Shown here piece by piece: positions 46,803 to 60,898 of a DNA stretch of 64,000 nt. The notes under the pieces were generated by a model. It ran no database searches. It was not told where the DNA came from and saw only the letters and a list, made by a program, of their open reading frames with translations. Position numbers and translations under genes: made by a program. Origin of the DNA: the human T2T-CHM13v2.0 reference genome, Homo sapiens; the NCBI RefSeq assembly GCF_009914755.1, contig NC_060936.1. The stretch is one strand, 5' to 3'. The number at the start of each line of letters is the position of its first letter. Position 1 is the first letter of the stretch.

Positions 46803-47352
46803 TCTATTTGTTATCTATTACTGCATAACAAATTTCCCCAAAACTTGGTAGTTTAAAACAGCTATTATCTGACAGTTTCTGTGGGTCAGGAATCCAGGCA
46901 CAGCTGAGCGGAGTCCACAGGCTCAGGATCTCTCACCAGGTTGCAATCAAGGTATTGGCAGGGCTGCAGTCTCAGCTGAAGGTTTGAACGGGGAATGATC
47001 CTCTTCCAAGCTCATGAGTGTGGTTTTTGGAAACATTCAATCACTCCAGGGCTGTTGGCCAGTGGTCATGCTCTCAGTTCCTTAATATGTGGGTCTCTCC
47101 ACAGAGTAACTCACAACAAGGCAGCTAGTTTCTTCAGAATAAGCAAGAGAGAAAAGCTGGAGAGAGGTAGTGCCAGACAAAAGACAGTCTTTTATAATCT
47201 AATATTGGAAGTGACATTCCATCATTTTTACTGTATTCTATTCATCCGAACAAAGTCACTAGGCCCGGCCCCAAGGGGGTGTGATTACACAGGATGTGAA
47301 TACCAGGAGGAGAAGATAATTAGGGGGTTATCACAGAAGTTCATCTACCAAT
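46803..47352 (-). mobile_element. MLT1 (MLT1F-like) MaLR LTR
   Basis: ttatctattactgcataacaaat...cagtttctgtgggtcaggaatccaggcacagct. Confidence 0.82.
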
Positions 47353-47529
47353 ATAATAAATATGCTGATTTTATTAAAGCAACAGACCACTGCCATCGGC
47401 CAAAGAACTGTTATAATAAATACATAGATTGACAATGTATATTATATAAACAATACCCACTAGACTTATGTGCTATACAACATGCCAATTATATAAGGTT
47501 GTTTAGGAAAGATGCTTTAAAATCTTTTT

Positions 47530-47850
47530 CAAACTTTTATTGTATAAGTTTTCAAGCACTTATAAAAGTAGGAGATAGGATAACAAAAAAATAATAAAAT
47601 AAACATGATCATTCTTGTTTCACTAATACCCCAACCCTTTACCCCCAAACCACTAGTTATTGAAAAGCAAATCTCAGACACCACCTTACTTCATCTTTAG
47701 TAATTCAGTGTAAATATCCACATATCATATGTACCATTACTCAATTAAGAATACCTTAATTTCATCTACTATTCAGTTACTGTTCAAATTTCTCCAATTA
47801 TTTCAGAAATGTCTTTTAAAAAAAAACAGTTGGTTTGTCTGAAAGAAGCT
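47530..47850 (-). mobile_element. Old L1 (L1MC-like) 3' fragment
   Basis: aaagcaaatctcagaca; tgttcaaatttctccaatt. Confidence 0.55.
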
Positions 47851-48114
47851 TTAACTTTAAATGAAACTTGGAGTTTTAACCATTACTTAAGAGCAGGCAT
47901 TTTAATTACTGACACAGAACTATTCTGTGAGAAAAATGACTTCAGGACATTTTATTATCCAGGAATCACCAGCAAAGTGATGGGGGATGCTGAAAATTTT
48001 ACCCACGGGCAGAGGAAGCTTCAACTCATCAAAGCCTTGCCAATGGACAGTGGAGAAAACAGTGAGGGTGTCTTCTCACACTCAACAGAGTCCCGCTTAT
48101 TCACCAGGTGAGTG

Positions 48115-48290
48115 ACACACAGGCTATCTCTAAGCCTCACTACAGTCCTTTGGTTGGGTGTTATAATCCTCATTTTAACAGATGAAAAACTTAAACATAG
48201 GCGAATTAACTCGCCTAAAGTCATACAGCTATTATTAGGTAGAACCTGTATTCCAACTCAGGTCTGTCTGACCTCTCCAAGGGGCTCTGG
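48115..48290 (-). mobile_element. MIR
   Basis: cctcattttaacagatgaaaaact...aaagtcatacagcta. Confidence 0.78.
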
Positions 48291-49109
48291 AAGTCACCTA
48301 CCAAGTAACACTGTCATAGTCTTAGGACATTAAGACACTGTGAAAGCCTTTTTTACAGTTGTGACAGAAGTTAGCAAGAACCAAACCACATCTTCTATTC
48401 ATTTTTGTTTCCTGGGACTTGACACAGAACTGGGTACACAATAGGTGCCTAATAAATATAAAGCCTTGAAGCCACCATAGCACAGAACCTTATTTAAAGA
48501 AACGTCCATTATGGCAGCCAGCCAGTCAGTCTGAAAAACAATTTCCGCCCGCTGCCCCATCTACCATCAGCTTTATCTCAACTTGTTTTCTTGGCAATAG
48601 TGGCAGGGGTAGAATCAGCTGCAGAGGTTGGGAGCAAGACAGATTCAGGCCCACATTACAGGAACTCACCTGAGAATATTCAATTTCACTGAAACTAGAA
48701 ACTAGATATTGAGAAGAGTCTGGTGGAGAAGTTCGCAGCATTGTTACTTTTGATAGGACAGCTTTGGCCAATAAACTGGATTCTTTCATTCCATGAATCC
48801 CTCTCAAAAGCCATTATCTGTGTCTGAAACTGTCCATACTCCCCACCCGCGTCTCTTTGCCTGACAAACTCCTAATCCTTCAGAGTTCAACAGAAATCTC
48901 ATTTGCTCAGCGAAGGCTTCTCTGCCTTCCTGGATGAAGTTCCATCCTTCTCATATGTGTACCTATCATGTATTCAGTCCTCTTTCACTTGGAACGACAT
49001 GCCAGATAAGGAAAAGATTGCATCTATCTTGTACCTGGAACATAGTAGGCATTCAATAAATATTTTTTGACTGATTTTTTTTTTTAAGCAAGTTTAAAAC
49101 TGCAATTAC

Positions 49110-49425
<316 letters not shown>

Positions 49426-50069
49426 CACAAAACTGCAATTACTGAAGTCTCTTAAAAAATATCACAGAGCACAGAGGCATTCCATTCACACAACAGAGCA
49501 AAGCTTAAAATGCACTTCCTTCTTCTCATTGTGTTCCCCACAAAACGCTCCACTACATTCTTCTCTTCTCTTTTATGAACTCCCTAAAATCTTCAAACCT
49601 AGCCATGCCCCCTGGCTTGTGTTCCCTAGTCTTCTCTTCCCATGCAGCAATTTCTCCTATGAATCTACTGAGCCTTTCTATCTCTTTTGAGTTTTCACAT
49701 TTATCCATTATCCAGATTCTAGAAAGCAAAGAAAGCCTTCAAACTGACCCAATAATCTTCCATCCTTGGAAAGTGAGACAGGACCATAAACTCCTAAAGT
49801 AATGGATTTATGCCCATTTTTGTTCCCTGCTGTGTTCTCAGTCTTTAACTGATGCTTGATCAAGATTTACTAGTTGAACAATATAGTTCTCTTAAGCTTA
49901 TCATATATTTTTATTGTTGATGATGAATAAGTAACAAGAGGTGTTGCCAGAGTGAAAGAAGGGAAGGAAAAGTTTAATAAGGAATCATTTCTCTATTTGG
50001 AGGTCTAAGATGGGAAGTCTGCCTGAAGAACCATACCAAGTGGAACACAGCCCCTGGTCATTCCCAGAC

Positions 50070-50500
50070 TAGACGAGCTGCCATGTGCTGCTGAATCAGC
50101 AGGAAACAGCACGGGGGGCAAGAGCGAGGTACAGCTCGGCAGCGTGGCAGCCATTTGGCTGACAATTTCCTTCTATGTTTCAGCATAATTGAATTAGCAT
50201 CCATGGAGACTGTCTCCCAGACATCGGCAAATGCAATACTGTGGAGCAGGCGCTGCAATTCATCTGGCATTATGAGGCATTGAATTGCCATCCAATCCCG
50301 CACCTCTCCTTGTTGCTTTGTGTGTGCTCGTTAGAGAAAATTACGTGGATGCGACAAGCCTGGGAACAATTAAAATCTTCCCACTTAGCCAATTCCCAGC
50401 AGTGGTGTCCAAGTTCTTCTGATAGGCACTCGGCTTGCTCAGCTAGTATGCCCAACTTCCTGGACGTGCTTTCAAATTTTAAGTAATGGATAAAAATTCA
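50070..50500. promoter_or_regulatory. Candidate enhancer / conserved non-coding element with MARE-like palindrome
   Basis: Repeat-free with scattered retained CpGs; CTGCTGAATCAGCAG at 50088-50102; ATAATTGAATTAG and AACAATTA motifs. Confidence 0.4.
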
Positions 50501-51089
50501 TTTTGCTCCAGCTGAGAATAGGAATTGTTAGCACATAGAGGGACAGCCATGATATGAACCAACCAGAACATCATCCATAGTGGATAGTATCAAGACCAGG
50601 AGTCCTGGAACTCAATCCAACTAGGAAGAGTATTTCTCAAGACAAGTCTAGGGCAATGGAGCTGGATGGTGAGTCAAAGTCAAGGGCCAGGGAGACAGCA
50701 TCCAGCGTTGCATCCAGAGGGCTAACAGAAACTAGATGTTGGGGGTATTAAAGGCAGGATGCAGCAGACAGTGAGGAATAGCATTGAGTAAATGATTCAG
50801 AACCAAGCTTCTGAACATCAAGAAAGTGCTAGATTAAACAGAGGCTATGGGTGGCCAATTAAAGAATTGTATTCTGCTGGCTGGAGGGAATGGCTTACAA
50901 CTGCTAGGGAGCAGAATGGTGTGAGGAAAAGAGCATATTTTCAGAGTCATATGGATCTTCTGCTTCCTCATTGGAGAAAAAAAGAAACCCATCTTGCAAA
51001 GTTAGGAAAGGATTAGAAATGCGCTAGGAATAAAGGTATTATCTGAATAACAGGGCTTTGTCTTGGTTTGAGTTCCACCAGAAAGGGAT

Positions 51090-51459
51090 TGTATTCATCC
51101 ATTCTCACACTGCTATGAAGAAATACCCAAGACTGGGTAATTTATAAAGGAAAGAGATTTAATTGACTCACAGTCCCTCATGGCTGGAAAGGCCTCAGGG
51201 AACTTACAAGCATGGCAGAAGGTGAAACAGGCATCTCTTACATGGTGGCAGGTAAGAGAGGTGAGTGTCGTGCAAAGGGGGAAGCCCCTTATAAAACCAT
51301 CAGATCTTGTGACAACTCACTCACTGTCATGAGAACAGTATGAGGGTAACCACCCCATGACGCAATTACTTCCCACCAGTTCCCTCCCATGACACGTGGG
51401 GATTATGGGAACTACAATTCAAGATGAGATTTGGGTGGGGACACAGCCAGACCATATCA
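51090..51459 (-). mobile_element. THE1 (THE1D-like) solo LTR
   Basis: tgtatt...accatatca termini; perfect TSD gggat. Confidence 0.93.
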
Positions 51460-51514
51460 GGGATCCTGAGATCAGGATTTGAGTATGAGTACTTTATTTC
51501 GGAGGAGAGTGGGA

Positions 51515-51864
51515 TGTATTAGTCTGTTTTCACACTGCTGATAAAGACATACCTGAGACTAGGAAGAAAAATAGGTTTAATGGACTCATAGTTCCACGTG
51601 GCTGGGGAGGCCTCACAATCATGGAAGGCAAAAGGCACTTCTTACATGGTGGCAAAAAGAGAAAATGAGGCAGAACCAAAAGCGGAAACCCCTTATAAAA
51701 CCATCAGATCTCATGAGATTTATTCCCAAACATGAGAACAGTATGGGGGAAATTGTCCCCGTGATTCAATGCTCTCCCACCGGGTCCCTCCCACAACACA
51801 TGGGAGTTACGAGAGTACACTTCAAGATGAGATCTGGGTGGGGACAGACAGCCAAACCATATCA
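51515..51864 (-). mobile_element. THE1 (THE1B/C-like) solo LTR
   Basis: tgtattagtc...aaaccatatca termini; TSD tggga/tgggg. Confidence 0.93.
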
Positions 51865-52174
51865 TGGGGGAAAAGAGTCAGGGAAAAGGAAAAAAACCTG
51901 TAAAAGATTTGTAAAATCAAGCCAACTACCATTTTGGTGGGCATCAAAAATAACTTCCTAGGAACTCTGGGAAACCATGCAGAATACATGCCTCAATGTG
52001 CTTCCAACTCAGCAGTGAGGGATCTCGGAGCTTTATATACCAACTCCCATCAGTCATTGGCTGATGGCTTCTCCCAGAGGATGTTAATTCCCTGGCACTT
52101 CTGGTCTCCTTGGGAATGGGCAGACTGGTCTTCCTCATCTTCAGAGAAAGCCCCCAAGCACAGAGATGACAATA

Positions 52175-52245
52175 CTGAGAGATGGCATTTGGCCTTTCAG
52201 GGTTGCTATGATAAATTCTGATGGGGCACTGACCACTTCTACTGC
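52175..52245 (+). repeat. Second inverted repeat, arm A (71 bp)
   Basis: 60/71 identical, ungapped, to the reverse complement of 53062-53132. Confidence 0.9.
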
Positions 52246-52489
52246 CAGTTTTGGGAGAGAACATGTCACAGAACTCCATCAATTCTATCTAAAAAATCTC
52301 CCTTCCAATTTCTTCCCCTCTCCACACTTCAACAGGAACCCTCTTATGCCCTCAAATTAGAGGAAAGGCTAAAGGGACATGAAACAAGTTCTGGCCACCT
52401 CGTTAGCTGGTTATGTTGAGAGTATTGGACCTCACTTTGGAGCACTGGGTGAGTTGGCATTTACTGTTTTGTTCTTGGCTTTCTTACAG

Positions 52490-53011
52490 CGGGGTCCCCA
52501 AGCCCTAGGCCACAGTCTGGTAATGGTCCATGGCCTGTTAGGAACAGGGCCACACAGCAGGAAGTGGGCAGGGGGAGAGCGAGCAAAGCTTCATCTGTAT
52601 TTACAGCTGCTCTGCATCCCTCTCATTACTGCCTGAGCTCCACCTCCTGTCAGATCAGCCGCAGCATTAGATTCTCATAGAAGCACAAACCCTATTGTGA
52701 ACTGCACATGCGAGGGATCTAGGTTGCATGCTCCTTATGAGAATCTAGTGCTGGATGATCTGTCACCATCTCCCATCACCCCCAGATCAGACTGTCTAGT
52801 TGTAGGAAAACAAACTCAGGGCTCCCACGGACTCTGCATTATGGTGAGTCATATAATAATTTCATTATATATTAAAATGTAATAATAGCAATAAAGTGCA
52901 CGATAAAAGTAATGTGCTTGAATCATCCTGAAATCATCCCCTGACCCCGTCTGTGGAAAAATTGTCTTCCACGAAACCAGCCCCCGGTGCCAAAAAGTCT
53001 GGGGATGGCTG
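52490..53011 (+). mobile_element. MER1A (hAT-Charlie) DNA transposon
   Basis: ggggtcccc...ggcctgttaggaac...ccttatgagaatcta...ggtgccaaaaag..tgggga; perfect 8-bp TSD tcttacag. Confidence 0.93.
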
Positions 53012-53061
53012 TCTTACAGGACTCAGTCCAAACTGAGACAATGTGTCCCATTCTAATACCA

Positions 53062-53132
53062 GCAGTAGAAGTGGTCAGTGCCCCGTCAGCATTCACCATA
53101 TCAGTGCAGAAAGGCCAACTGTCATCTCTCAG
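53062..53132 (-). repeat. Second inverted repeat, arm B (71 bp)
   Basis: Includes a 23-bp exact inverted match to ggggcactgaccacttctactgc. Confidence 0.9.
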
Positions 53133-53579
53133 GGAAGAGAAGGGGTGCACTCCTCCCACCTGAAGCCTAATGAAAGGGGCTTTGCAGACAGGCCTTGGAG
53201 AGCTTGATTTCTGTCCCCTAATGATTGGGGAACCCTGTGGACTGGAGTCTGAATCATACCTGAGAAATCTAAGGGGCCCAGGGATAGCTGAAGAGGGCTT
53301 CAATTTGGCAAGCAACTGCACTTCCACCAAAGGCCAGTGTTTTCTGTGGGGGGCAGGGGATAGAGAGAGAGCATGCACAAACAAGCTGACCTAGGGATAT
53401 TTGAAAGATGTTTTGCCTGATCTTCTCAGGTATGATGAGCCTCTGTGAAGGTGGGCCATGAAGGACCAAGGCCAGAGGGGATGTCATGCATGACTGGACA
53501 GTTGGAATGTGAAGCTTGTGCAGCTCCAGTGCCGGAGAACTACAGGTAAGAGATGTGCATATAGGGTCCCTAAAGATGA

Positions 53580-54018
<439 letters not shown>

Positions 54019-55038
54019 GGGAAAGGCTTTTTCTAACTTGCACAAGACAGCATCCATTTGCCAAGCTGAGCATACATGAGGCTGTGTCTGATTCCTTTTT
54101 TCTAATCCCTACAAAGATCTTGTGTTTCAAAGCCAATGGAGACAGAGTTTCAAAGTTCACACGAACTCCCCATGAGAGAGTGGCATCCTGTAGGACCCAG
54201 CTCACAGCAGCAGTCCCAGTTAAGTGAGACCTTTTTCTACCCCTTGTCTCTTCCCACTGTGCCCTCACCAACCTTAAAGGGTCAAGGGCAGCCTGGCTGA
54301 GGAAGAGATTGGAGGGCAAAATTACCACTCTTTTAGAGAAAACTCACGAAGCTGATGGTTCCCATTTCCCACTGCAGCTTCTGCCTGCAGCAAGTCTGAG
54401 AAAATGAAGTCAGAGGCGTGACCCTCCACTGGACTGGACACATTAATCACTGAACTAAAGTGTTTTGGGGGGCCACAGATGCCAATGACATTTTTATTAC
54501 CTACACATAACAAATTTGTAGCAAAGGGGCCTGGCTGACATTCATTCAGAGGCAGAGAGGACCGGTCCTGAGATTACACAACAATAGGGGAGGGGGCAAC
54601 AAAAGTAGCTTTATGATTGTATCCCACAGCCCTGCTCTTTCAATATACAGGCTATTTAGAGAAAGTGTACAATAAGCATTGCATATGGAAAGCCTCCAAA
54701 AGACACTCAATAAGTGGTTGCTCTTGTTATTATGAGCTGTTGTGCAGGTGAAGGTTAAACCAGATTTTCAGAGCTAAATGCCAAGGGGGTTGCACTTGAT
54801 TATCAGCCCTGAGCTGGACAGTTCAGGAGAAGGAAATGAGTGGCTGAGAGCAAGGTCTACATACCAGAGTGGAGCATGAGGGGCCCCTCCACACCACCAC
54901 TGCTGGGTCATCAGCCACAGGAAAACTGCGTATGTTGTGATCATGATGCTGGCTCCTGGGAGAGCATCTTTCTTGTCCCCGTTGGACAGCAATTCGAGAG
55001 GGAGATTTGCTAATTTGTCTTTCTGAAGCTAAACATCA

Positions 55039-55068
55039 GGGTGGGTTGGGGAGGGAAGTTGGGGTGGG
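55039..55068 (+). other. G-quadruplex-forming motif
   Basis: GGG-T-GGG-TT-GGGG-A-GGG-AAGTT-GGGG-T-GGG: six G-tracts, mostly 1-2 nt loops. Confidence 0.75.
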
Positions 55069-55469
55069 AGTCAAGACTGTCTGCTGCCTGCACCAGCATC
55101 ATAATGCAAAGAGGATTGCTCACCCAGAGCTCAGGTCCCAGGCACAGTACAGACACAGGTAGAACTTCTGTTTCTTTGGGGTTTAGGGAAAGTGCCCTGG
55201 AACGCCTCATGCAGATGCCAAAAAAATAAAATCAGAACTAAGACGAAGGGATATCCACACACAACCCATGCTTTCACTGGTTTCTTTCTTTACCGAAGGG
55301 TAATGGAGATGAGCTGTTTTATTTATACCTGATTCACATTTCAACAGGAAACTCTTGAGCTAGCTCCTTTTTCTGTAAAACACAGAGCTCCTTGAGAGCA
55401 GGGACTGTGTCTCGACTCATCTTTGAATCCCTAGGACCTAACCCAAGGCCTGGGTAATACAACAGAAGG

Positions 55470-55690
55470 TGAGTGGGCTTTAAGCTCATACAAATTAGGG
55501 TTTGAATTGCAGCTCTGTTGCTTACTAGCTGTGTGACCTCAGGCAGGTCGCTTCACCTCTCTGAAGTTCAATTTCCTCATCTGAAACATGGAAATAAAAA
55601 TATCTACCTTCAAGTTTTGGAGAAGCAGAACTACATTTAAATTAAATATGCTGATTATGATAACTGGCCCCCGGAAAAATAGTAATTATC
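55470..55690 (+). mobile_element. MIR followed by short (CAT)n
   Basis: cttactagctgtgtgacctcaggcagg...ttcacctctctga...tttcctcatctg. Confidence 0.88.
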
Positions 55691-56794
55691 ACCATCATCA
55701 TCATCATCATTATTTTCCTTTGACATCCTCTCAATTCCTCAGTTATGTTCAGACGGCTCTGGTTCTCTTACAGAATTTACTGCAAACATTGCCAGATCAT
55801 TTATATACTGAAGACACCTCCGAATTTTGGCACAAATCCTTAGTTACACAGTCTGTAAACATAGTCAGAGCTGAAAATACTTTTTCATTATCGGATAAGA
55901 AGATTCCTTTCTTGTCCTTTCTGCTGTCTCCTCATGCTCTAGTTCTGCCCCCAGTGGGTCCTGAGAAAGGTAATCTTGCGTGACATGTGAGCTTTATACC
56001 TGAAATCAAATTTGGCATCCCAGTTCCCAATGGGGCAAGTGTAGCATTTTCACATATTTCCAAAACGTCAAAGAGAATAGCCGCCCCTTTTGTTTCATGC
56101 CAGTTTCCTCCAAATCAGTTTTCTACTCAGTAATTTATCTGAGATTCAGTTGCCTAACCTGTAGAATGGATCTGTAAAGTGATCTAAAAACACTATCCTC
56201 ACACATAGGAATGCTCTGAAGATGGATGGGTGGCCAGAGAACTCAGCTTACTTACATAGCCACTTTCATCCATCCCCACTGTACCAGGGGAGGAAATCAG
56301 TGGGTCTGTCCTTCCCGGCTGCTGGCCAACATTATGTCCAGGCTGAGCTTGATCAGATTTGCTCTGCTGAGCAAAAGGAACCAACTCTAGGACACTTTTC
56401 ATGAATTCTGATCAAATGCCCCACCCAGCGTAGCTACGGGGTCCTGCTGTGTTCTTACTGTTTAACCGTTTTGGAACTCTATAAGCTACAGAAGACATAG
56501 GAGAGAGGAGAGTGTTTTAGGGGGAATGGAGGGACCCGTCGCAGGGTTTGTGACTGGCCATGGTTAGAGACAAGGCTGAAAGGAAGCAAGACAGGACTGC
56601 GAAGGTGAAGAAGCTGCAAGTGGAGGTGTCTAAATATCATGCCCTAGGCACCAGGACCGGGGCAGGAAATCAGAACCGAAAAGAGTATCTTTCTCTTGTC
56701 TGACTCCATCAAGTGACCACACATGGAAAACTGGATTTCTGGTGTGGAAGGTCCCCAAAAAAGGAAAAAGGAGAGGTGAGCGGGAACAGCCATT

Positions 56795-56940
56795 GCAGAT
56801 ATCACTTACTGAGCACTGTGCTAGGTGCCTTACATAGAGTATATATTTAATCCTCCCAATAACCCAAGAGGTTGGTATTATTATTATGCTTTTTATACAG
56901 AGATGGTAACTGAGACCCAGAGAAGTGCCTTCCTCGACAT
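56795..56940 (-). mobile_element. MIR
   Basis: cttactgagcact...tttaatcctcccaataaccc...aactgagacccagaga. Confidence 0.78.
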
Positions 56941-57459
56941 TCCCCAGCTCACTCTATCTGCCAGGCCTTTAATGTTTCCATCATTAATTCAATCTTCAAC
57001 CATCACCGACTGAGTGTTAGGCTCTGTGCCAGGCACTAGAAGGGTTCCAATCAGGTAAGCAGAGAGAAGAGAGGAAAAGAATTTCAGACAAAGGGTAAAG
57101 GGGTGAACAGAGCACAAAGCCAGAACGCAGGAGAGTTTTGGAATTCAGAAGGTGCTTAGCATGCTAGGAAGCAAGAGGGTCAGACCCACCTAGAATGTTC
57201 CTCAGGGAAATTTTCCCTGTAGTCCCACCTCCTCCCCAGTTCCGTTGTCACAGCTACAAGAGAAGCCTGTGGGGTTATGGAGCAACTTTTGCTTTTTTTC
57301 CAAAGTTCCAGGAATAATGGTGCCAGCAACCCGTGCCTAAGTCAATCAGAAACAGAAACAGAGCCACAGTCCCTGGGGGGAGCAGGTGTCACCTAATCCC
57401 ACCAGGAAGATATAAGTCTCTCTAAATCATGGTTTTCCAGAAACAGTCATGGTGACAAC

Positions 57460-57680
57460 AGCCAGTAACACTTACTGAGCAATTTACCGTGTCCTGAGCT
57501 CTTATAGGCATTTCACACACATGAGCCCATTTAACCCTCACTCTATGAGGTAAATAGGTTAATGATCCCCCATTTCACAGATGAGCTAAACGAGGTTCGG
57601 GACTTGGAAGTGGCAGAGTCAAGATTCAAATCCAGATTTATCAAACTCTGAAGGCTTTTTCTGAACCCCTGTGCTATGCC
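57460..57680 (-). mobile_element. MIR
   Basis: atccccatttcacagatgag...gtggcagagtcaagattcaaatccag. Confidence 0.85.
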
Positions 57681-57794
57681 ATCCCTCCCACCGTCCTGCA
57701 ACTGTGAGCTCACCCCACTTCTCTATGGACACGGGTTGGCCTACTCCTAAGAGGGCTATGGCAGGAAAACCAGCATGGTAGCCCTGCCCCTTAT

Positions 57795-57920
57795 GAGCTA
57801 GGTGACCTTGGGCAAGTGACTTCACCTCCCGGAGCCTCAGTCTCCTCATCTGTACAATAGGAACTATATCCTAGAGTTCTTGTGAGCACTTTACACAGGA
57901 CTTCGTGCACAGAAAATGTG
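57795..57920 (+). mobile_element. MIR
   Basis: gtgaccttgggcaagtgacttcacctcccggagcctcagtctcctcatctgta. Confidence 0.9.
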
Positions 57921-58144
57921 CACACTGGAGATGATCCATCCCTCTTAGGAGTCTCCTACACCATCCTCACTGTTCCATTGGAAAAACAAAGCCAAGCAGA
58001 CCCTGGAATGGTGAAGAAAAGGCCACAACTGTTTGCAACAACCAGACAGTGAGACCTGGCAGCCAAGGTTGGATTTTGCTCACCTTCTTTTCCCAGAAGG
58101 CTGGTCACATGACGACAGGCATTGAATAAATATTTCTTCTGAAA

Positions 58145-58185
58145 ACATACACACACACACATGCACACATACAGACACACACACA
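58145..58185. repeat. Imperfect (CA)n microsatellite
   Basis: acatacacacacacacatgcacacatacagacacacacaca. Confidence 0.85.
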
Positions 58186-58966
58186 GCAGAAAGGAAATAC
58201 ATCAGCATGTTCTCCCTGGTTATCTCTGAGCTGTGGAACTTTATCTTTCCTTTTGCTTATCTGAATTTTCTGATTTTTCTATGTTGAGCATGTACTATTT
58301 GTGGCACCGAGATCTTGAAAGACACACATCCCACTATAGATTACCTCTGGGAAATGAAAATGGGAAAACCTAATTAATTAGGAAGGCTTTTTTAAAGCTT
58401 TGTGTTCATTCTTCATTTTTGTGTTACTTTTGAAATTTTTTACACTTTCTTTTTAGTTCAAATTTATTTTCTTCTTTTTCTATTCCACCAAAAAGTGTTC
58501 CTCTGGATGGAATACTCACAAAGACCCTCTCCCCAGCCCCAAAAGATTACAAGGAAGTGAGCTTCATTCCAGATACGATGGTGGAGTCCAGCTAATCTTT
58601 TCTTGTGTCTTTGGGAATTTGCTTGCTGTTTGACCCAGATGCTCTACATATGCTCATAAAAACCTTCTGCCAAACTTCATTAGCCATTTAGGCTGCTGTG
58701 GTGCTATTCTGAGTACCTTATCTTCTGGCATTAATTTAAAGCAACATTGTCTTACCTCTGTAGGCATGCTTCCATGAGTTAGAGGCTTAAAAAATAGACT
58801 GCAATGGATTTTGTCAAAAATTGCCAAAAATCAAAATGTCTGGTTTCATCTCCTATTTCATTTCCAAATGATTAGTAGCAACTGCCTGTAGCACTTAGCA
58901 GGAAGGACCCTGAGACCATTCCCAGGTAGAGCAAAAACAATCAAATGGCAAGAATTTAAAAACACC

Positions 58967-59267
58967 TGCCAGGCACGGTGGCTCGCCTGTAATCCCAGCA
59001 CTTTGGGAGGCCAAGGCGGGTGGATCACTTAAGGTCAGGAGTTCAAGACCAGCCTGGCCAACATGGTGAAATCCTGTCTTTACTAAAAATACAAAAATCA
59101 GCCAGGCGTGGTGGCGGGTGCCTGTAATCCCAGCTACTCGGGAGGCTGAGGCAGGAGAATTGCTTGAATCGGGAGGCAAAGGTTGCAGTGAGCCGAGATT
59201 GCCCCACTGCACTCCAGCCTGGGTCACAGAGCAAGACTGTCTCAAAAAAAACAAAAAACAAAAAAAA
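58967..59267 (+). mobile_element. Alu (AluSx-type)
   Basis: Dimeric Alu; TSD aaaaacacc. Confidence 0.97.
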
Positions 59268-59477
59268 CACCATACACCATAGCCTTTATGAATTAATGTT
59301 TTCTGCTAATGGATTACTGATGTCTGCCATGGCATGAAATCAAGGGCTATTGGCATATCTGATATCCCAAATCTAATAAAACACGTCCTCCTTTCACTCC
59401 AAAGAAGCAAACTGGTAGGACTCCCACGTGGTACAGTGTGGCAATAATACAGCTATTATTTGTGGAGTGACACATTG

Positions 59478-59777
<300 letters not shown>

Positions 59778-59944
59778 TGAAGCAAAAAGGGTGTGTTTGG
59801 GCTCATGTAACTGAGAGGAGAACTGAGTTAGAGCTTAAAATCACAGGAAGAGCTTTAGGACTGACAACAGTGACGGGTTCCAGAAACGACCTCTCTTTAT
59901 CTTATCTCTGTTTGTATTTGCGTGTTGATCTCTCATTTCATCTT

Positions 59945-60624
<680 letters not shown>

Positions 60625-60898
60625 CTCATACTACAAACAGGCCTCTCCCATATGAAGAGGAACATGGTTGCTGTTTTCCCAGTGCATGGAGTGCTAACTT
60701 TTCCCAACATGTGTTTATCAGTCCCAGGTGAAAACTCTGATTGGACTGTTTGGGTCATATGGCCATTCTTTGGACCAATCACTGTTTATTGTCACATAAT
60801 TTGGTCAGAATTCAGCTATATTCCCATCTTTTTTGGCCAAGGGGTCTGTGTCTACCAATAAAAGAAAGGTTTAGAAAGCTTAACAGTCAGTTAAAAAT

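Larger units (their letters stand above)
51059..52245 (-). mobile_element. LTR33-like ERVL LTR carrying two THE1 insertions
   Basis: tgtcttggtttgagttccaccagaa | cctgagatcaggatttgagt...tttatt | ... ggggcactgaccacttctactgc. Confidence 0.7.

Noticed and set aside
55588-55983. ORF with a poly-His tract
   Set aside because: The His run is a (CAT)n microsatellite at the end of a MIR.
57203-57219. Palindrome cagggaaa-t-tttccctg resembling an NF-kB site
   Set aside because: Spacing does not fit the 10-bp GGGRNWYYCC consensus, and short palindromes are expected by chance.
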